Positions 57,410 to 60,634 of a DNA stretch of 60,634 bases are shown one piece after another. Both the position numbers and the translations under genes were made by a program. The notes under the pieces are model-generated. The model saw nothing but the letters and a program-made list of their open reading frames with translations, searched no databases and was not told the origin of the DNA. Positions within the stretch are counted from its first letter, which is position 1. Each line of letters opens with the position of its first letter. The stretch spans positions 1-60,634 of the forward strand of contig CAYLZE010000018.1 of the NCBI GenBank assembly GCA_964388035.1. The letters run 5' to 3'. This DNA comes from an uncultured archaeon. Its GTDB lineage: Archaea > Asgardarchaeota > Lokiarchaeia > Sigyniarchaeales > SOKP01.

Positions 57410-58270
57410 TCAATGTTTTAACAACCTTGCCCCATTTTCTCCTAAAATTTTATCTATTTCTTCGGGGCTAAGAAAATCTATATCTTTAAAATAGTTCATC
57501 GTGAGTTCCAACATTTCGGGGACGAATCCATCCGATCCAAATAGGATCTTGTCAGTACCTATCAATTCTTTTGCCTGAAGTAAAAGATTTTTCAAATGAT
57601 TGGGCATCATGTAAGTCATGTTACTAATATCTAAAAACACGTTTGGATATTGAACGGCTAAGGCAATTGCCACGTCCGTCCAAGGAAATCCCATGTGAGC
57701 AATAATAATTTTCAATTTGGGAAATGAATGAAGGACATTCTCTACATGAACAGGATTGGAATAAGTCAATACTTTCTTAAAAGTACCGGGTGGAGGATAT
57801 CCGGCATGAAAGAGTACGGGGAGATCATTTTCTTGAGCTATCTCCAAGGAGGGAAAGAGAATCTTGTTATCGAGCTGTTTTCCTCGAAAAGAGAGCATTA
57901 TTTTAAAACCCTTGAAATTTAATTCGTGCAAATCAGAAATAACGATGTCTTCGATCTTGTCATTCGAGGTCGCTTTTTCGGGAGGGTTGTAAAATGGGAT
58001 GAAAACATCAGGAGCTATACCGGCCCAATCATGCACGGCTTCATTTTCTTTTTTATTCACGGGTAATAAAACGATTTTGCCAATTCCTGCTCTTTTGGCA
58101 TGATACAAGGTTTTTTCTATAATATTAGAGGTGGAAACTGTTCTGATTTCTTTTAAGTTTTGTAATAATCGTTCATAAAAGCCATACCCTTTGAATTCTT
58201 TAAAAAGGGTGTAATTTACTTCTCTCACATCCAAATCAGAAAACAAATGGCAATGAAAATCAACTTTCAT
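57410..58270 (-). CDS. Amidohydrolase family protein (Amidohydro_2)
   Basis: DFHCH, KGFK, LFHAG, IIAHMG, LFGSD and ILGENGARLL. Confidence 0.92.
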   Translation of the reverse strand: MKVDFHCHLFSDLDVREVNYTLFKEFKGYGFYERLLQNLKEIRTVSTSNIIEKTLYHAKRAGIGKIVLLPVNKKENEAVHDWAGIAPDVFIPFYNPPEKATSNDKIEDIVISDLHELNFKGFKIMLSFRGKQLDNKILFPSLEIAQENDLPVLFHAGYPPPGTFKKVLTYSNPVHVENVLHSFPKLKIIIAHMGFPWTDVAIALAVQYPNVFLDISNMTYMMPNHLKNLLLQAKELIGTDKILFGSDGFVPEMLELTMNYFKDIDFLSPEEIDKILGENGARLLKH

Positions 58271-58511
58271 CGGTTCACATTATTATATTTAATCCAAGGA
58301 TATATAAGTAAGTGTTAAATAAAACTTAATCTCATTTTTTGCTTCTTATTTTATAGCATAAATTACAAATAATAACTTTTGAGATTGAACTTCGAAAATT
58401 AAAGATCTTAATTTGAAATAATGAAAGAAAATATAATTATTGAGCAATCTATTTTTCTAAATAGATTTGAACTCTAATAGAAATTCCTTTTAACATGGAT
58501 AGTGCTTTAAA

Positions 58512-59402
58512 ATGAAACAAATTATAAAGGACTTAATATTGCTTAAAGAATGCAAAATAGGAGAACCAACAAGCTCTATTTATGGGGTGAATACGAATAG
58601 TGAAGATGGTTGGATTCTTATTGATGCAGGTCTTAATTTCGATTTTAATACAGAATTAAAAAAGATTAACCTCAATCCAAAGAACATTACCTATTGTCTT
58701 CTAACTCATGGACACTTGGATCACGTTGATGGATGCCGGGAATTAATAGAGATAAATCCAAAAATTCATTTTTATCTTCATAAAGGCGATTTGGTACTTG
58801 CGGAATCTTACCTCAAAGAAAATTGCGAAAATAGCAAAAAGATTTTTAATAACACGGATACATTCATACAAGAGATCACCGATCTACAATTGGGAAAGTA
58901 TTTTTTTAAATGCATTCACACTCCCGGACATACCCCCGGTGGAATGGTATATTTAACTAGAATTGAAAATCACAAAGTCTTGTTTGCTGGAGATATTTGT
59001 GGAGGGGGAATGAAGATAAACGGAGGAGATCATGCAATATTCAAGAAATCGTTAAGGAATTTACTGAACCTGAATGCAGACATTTTATGCGATGGTCACA
59101 TGAACGTGATTCAACCGGCAAAAGAAGTCTTCATGTATATTGAGGGATGTTTGAAAATTAACGAATGCTTGCATGTTGGATTTGAGGTAGATTCAAATAA
59201 TATTGAAAATTGGTTGGAGCTAGCTTCCATCTCCTTCCAGATGAAGATATATGATACAGCATGGGGCGCTTGTCATTATGCTTTAAAGTTAAATCCAGAA
59301 CATTCGAAAGCGAAAAAGGTATGGAAGCAAATCCAAGCCCAAAATCCCCCGAAGTACGAATTCGTAGAACGCTATCTGAAAAATGGGCTGAAAAATGGGT
59401 AA
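58512..59402 (+). CDS. Metallo-beta-lactamase fold hydrolase with C-terminal TPR-like motif
   Basis: IDAG, THGHLDHVDG, TPGHTPG, FAGD and DGH. Tail W.ELA.......YDTA......ALKLNPEH. Confidence 0.88.
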   Translation: MKQIIKDLILLKECKIGEPTSSIYGVNTNSEDGWILIDAGLNFDFNTELKKINLNPKNITYCLLTHGHLDHVDGCRELIEINPKIHFYLHKGDLVLAESYLKENCENSKKIFNNTDTFIQEITDLQLGKYFFKCIHTPGHTPGGMVYLTRIENHKVLFAGDICGGGMKINGGDHAIFKKSLRNLLNLNADILCDGHMNVIQPAKEVFMYIEGCLKINECLHVGFEVDSNNIENWLELASISFQMKIYDTAWGACHYALKLNPEHSKAKKVWKQIQAQNPPKYEFVERYLKNGLKNG

Positions 59403-59622
59403 AGGGATTCTTTTTATTTATCGGGAATTTTTCCAGTGTAATCGCTTACATACCCTTAATACTTATTAAAAAAAAATTTTAGATTGATAAATCGGAATAT
59501 ATTATTTTTAGATAGCTAGATTGGGGCAATTTAAAACAACCAATAGTTATTTTTGATGTGAAGTTCCTTATAAAGCTGAAGTTAAGAAGAAACTTTATAA
59601 GTTTGACCTACTTTAAAATTTT

Positions 59623-60210
59623 ATGGTAAAAATAGATAAATTATACGATTACTGGGCTAAATCAGGTCTCATAACCGGCATATTTCTGCTTTTTTTCCTA
59701 ATATTTAACTCCCGAGCACCAATTGGCAGTTTTGAGTGGCTATATTGGTTTAGCTTGCCACTTTACATGTTTCATCAATTTGAGGAATATGTTTATCCAG
59801 GGGGCTTTAAGGAAGAATTAAATGAAATGTTAACTCAAGGTAAATCGGATAAAGAAGTTTTAACCAATAAGCTAGTGCTAACCGTAAATATTGGATTTAT
59901 TTGGATATTAAATTCCGTCCTAATTATTTTGGCAGGAATTTCCGTGATTTTTCCCATCATTTTAATGACTGTTGTACTTTTTAATGGGATAGTTCACTTG
60001 ATTTCTAGTCTGAGGTTTCAAAAATATAATCCCGGATTAGTTGTCAGCGTAATAGGAAATCTTCCGTTAGGGTTATATGTATTGATTGGATTAGGTTTAA
60101 CTGGCACAGCATCCAGCATCGAATTAATTATCGGTATAATAATCGGTTGCGTGATCCACTTGCTTTTATTTGTTGTACTCTTTTCTAAAAGAGGGAAAAA
60201 GAAGCCATAG
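59623..60210 (+). CDS. HXXEE domain membrane protein
   Basis: YMFHQFEEY.YPGGF, VN, NGIVH and YNPGLV. Confidence 0.9.
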   Translation: MVKIDKLYDYWAKSGLITGIFLLFFLIFNSRAPIGSFEWLYWFSLPLYMFHQFEEYVYPGGFKEELNEMLTQGKSDKEVLTNKLVLTVNIGFIWILNSVLIILAGISVIFPIILMTVVLFNGIVHLISSLRFQKYNPGLVVSVIGNLPLGLYVLIGLGLTGTASSIELIIGIIIGCVIHLLLFVVLFSKRGKKKP

Positions 60211-60251
60211 ATACCAGTAAATTTTACCATCCGATTAAAAACGTGATAGTG

Positions 60252-60273
60252 AGGAGATAGGAATAAATCTCCT
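60252..60273. terminator. Possible stem-loop downstream of HXXEE gene
   Basis: AGGAGAT-aggaataa-ATCTCCT (7-bp stem) followed by a T-rich tract. Confidence 0.35.
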
Positions 60274-60368
60274 TAGTTTTATTACATTACTTCTAATATT
60301 TTTTAAATCTTTTAAAGTGTTATTTACAACTTGGATAAAAGAAATATACATATCAATATCAACTTATA

Positions 60369-60578
60369 GTGATTTTAAGAAGTAAAAAATCAAAAATTAA
60401 AGAAATATACTTCTATTATTCAAAGATCGAGAGTGAAAGTACAGAAAGTATTGCTCGTTCTCTTATTGAAGGAATAATAAATCAAGGGAACCAAATACGG
60501 AGAATTTTCTTTCCATCGGTCCAATCGCGCAAAGAGTTCAAATCAGAATTAAAGTTATTAATAGTACAGCAAAAATGA
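60369..60578 (+). CDS. Small hypothetical protein
   Basis: 69-aa GTG-start ORF in an otherwise empty region. No motif. Confidence 0.35.
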   Translation: MILRSKKSKIKEIYFYYSKIESESTESIARSLIEGIINQGNQIRRIFFPSVQSRKEFKSELKLLIVQQK

Positions 60579-60634
60579 TTAATTTAAGATTTATAATGGC
60601 TATCCTTTTAAAAAACATCTGCCTTTCTATTTTT

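Noticed and set aside
2267-60230. Numerous 60-140 aa antisense or alternate-frame ORFs nested in long genes (e.g. 4172-4588, 21196-21594, 41551-41871)
   Set aside because: Shadow ORFs of well-supported genes, with no motifs and Ser/Ile/Phe-rich antisense composition.
1-60634. CRISPR arrays, tRNA/rRNA genes, IS elements, prophage
   Set aside because: I saw no regularly spaced repeats, cloverleaf or T-loop signatures, long GC-rich RNA-like stretches, transposases or integrases. This was by-eye inspection only, so a short tRNA cannot be fully excluded.

Overview
AT-rich, gene-dense archaeal chromosomal segment, almost certainly from an Asgard archaeon (Lokiarchaeia). The evidence is a Loki-type profilin, five Rab/Ras-like small GTPases lacking prenylation tails, longin/uDENN-like and V4R proteins, a Cdc48 with an HbYX tail, deoxyhypusine synthase and a PSTK. 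The largest feature is a ~16.5 kb redox operon (15251-31815): hdrC-hdrB, then a ~3.78 kb HdrA/MvhD unit repeated three times in tandem (two of the MvhDs fused to a winged-helix domain), then flxCBA-like genes and an F420-binding FrhB-like subunit. It contains no hydrogenase or formate dehydrogenase catalytic subunit. Divergent from it lies a co-oriented minus-strand cluster (10492-14886). It encodes two paralogous 8-Cys mini-proteins, a Rab-like GTPase, a thioredoxin/KaiB-like protein, a V4R (Bet3/TRAPP-related fold) protein, a membrane-anchored 8-Cys FYVE/rabphilin-like zinc finger and two further Rab-like paralogs. The zinc finger's N-terminal half is missed by the ORF track because it appears to start at ATC. 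This cluster is my best candidate for an undescribed system, a possible proto-Rab signalling or trafficking module. The rest is housekeeping and catabolic genes, including argS-agmatinase-dys, a RifK/RifL-like pair, a FixC/FixX-like pair, an acyl-CoA ligase and an HDAC. I saw no tRNA, rRNA, CRISPR array or mobile element. All family calls come from motif recognition by eye, not from database searches.
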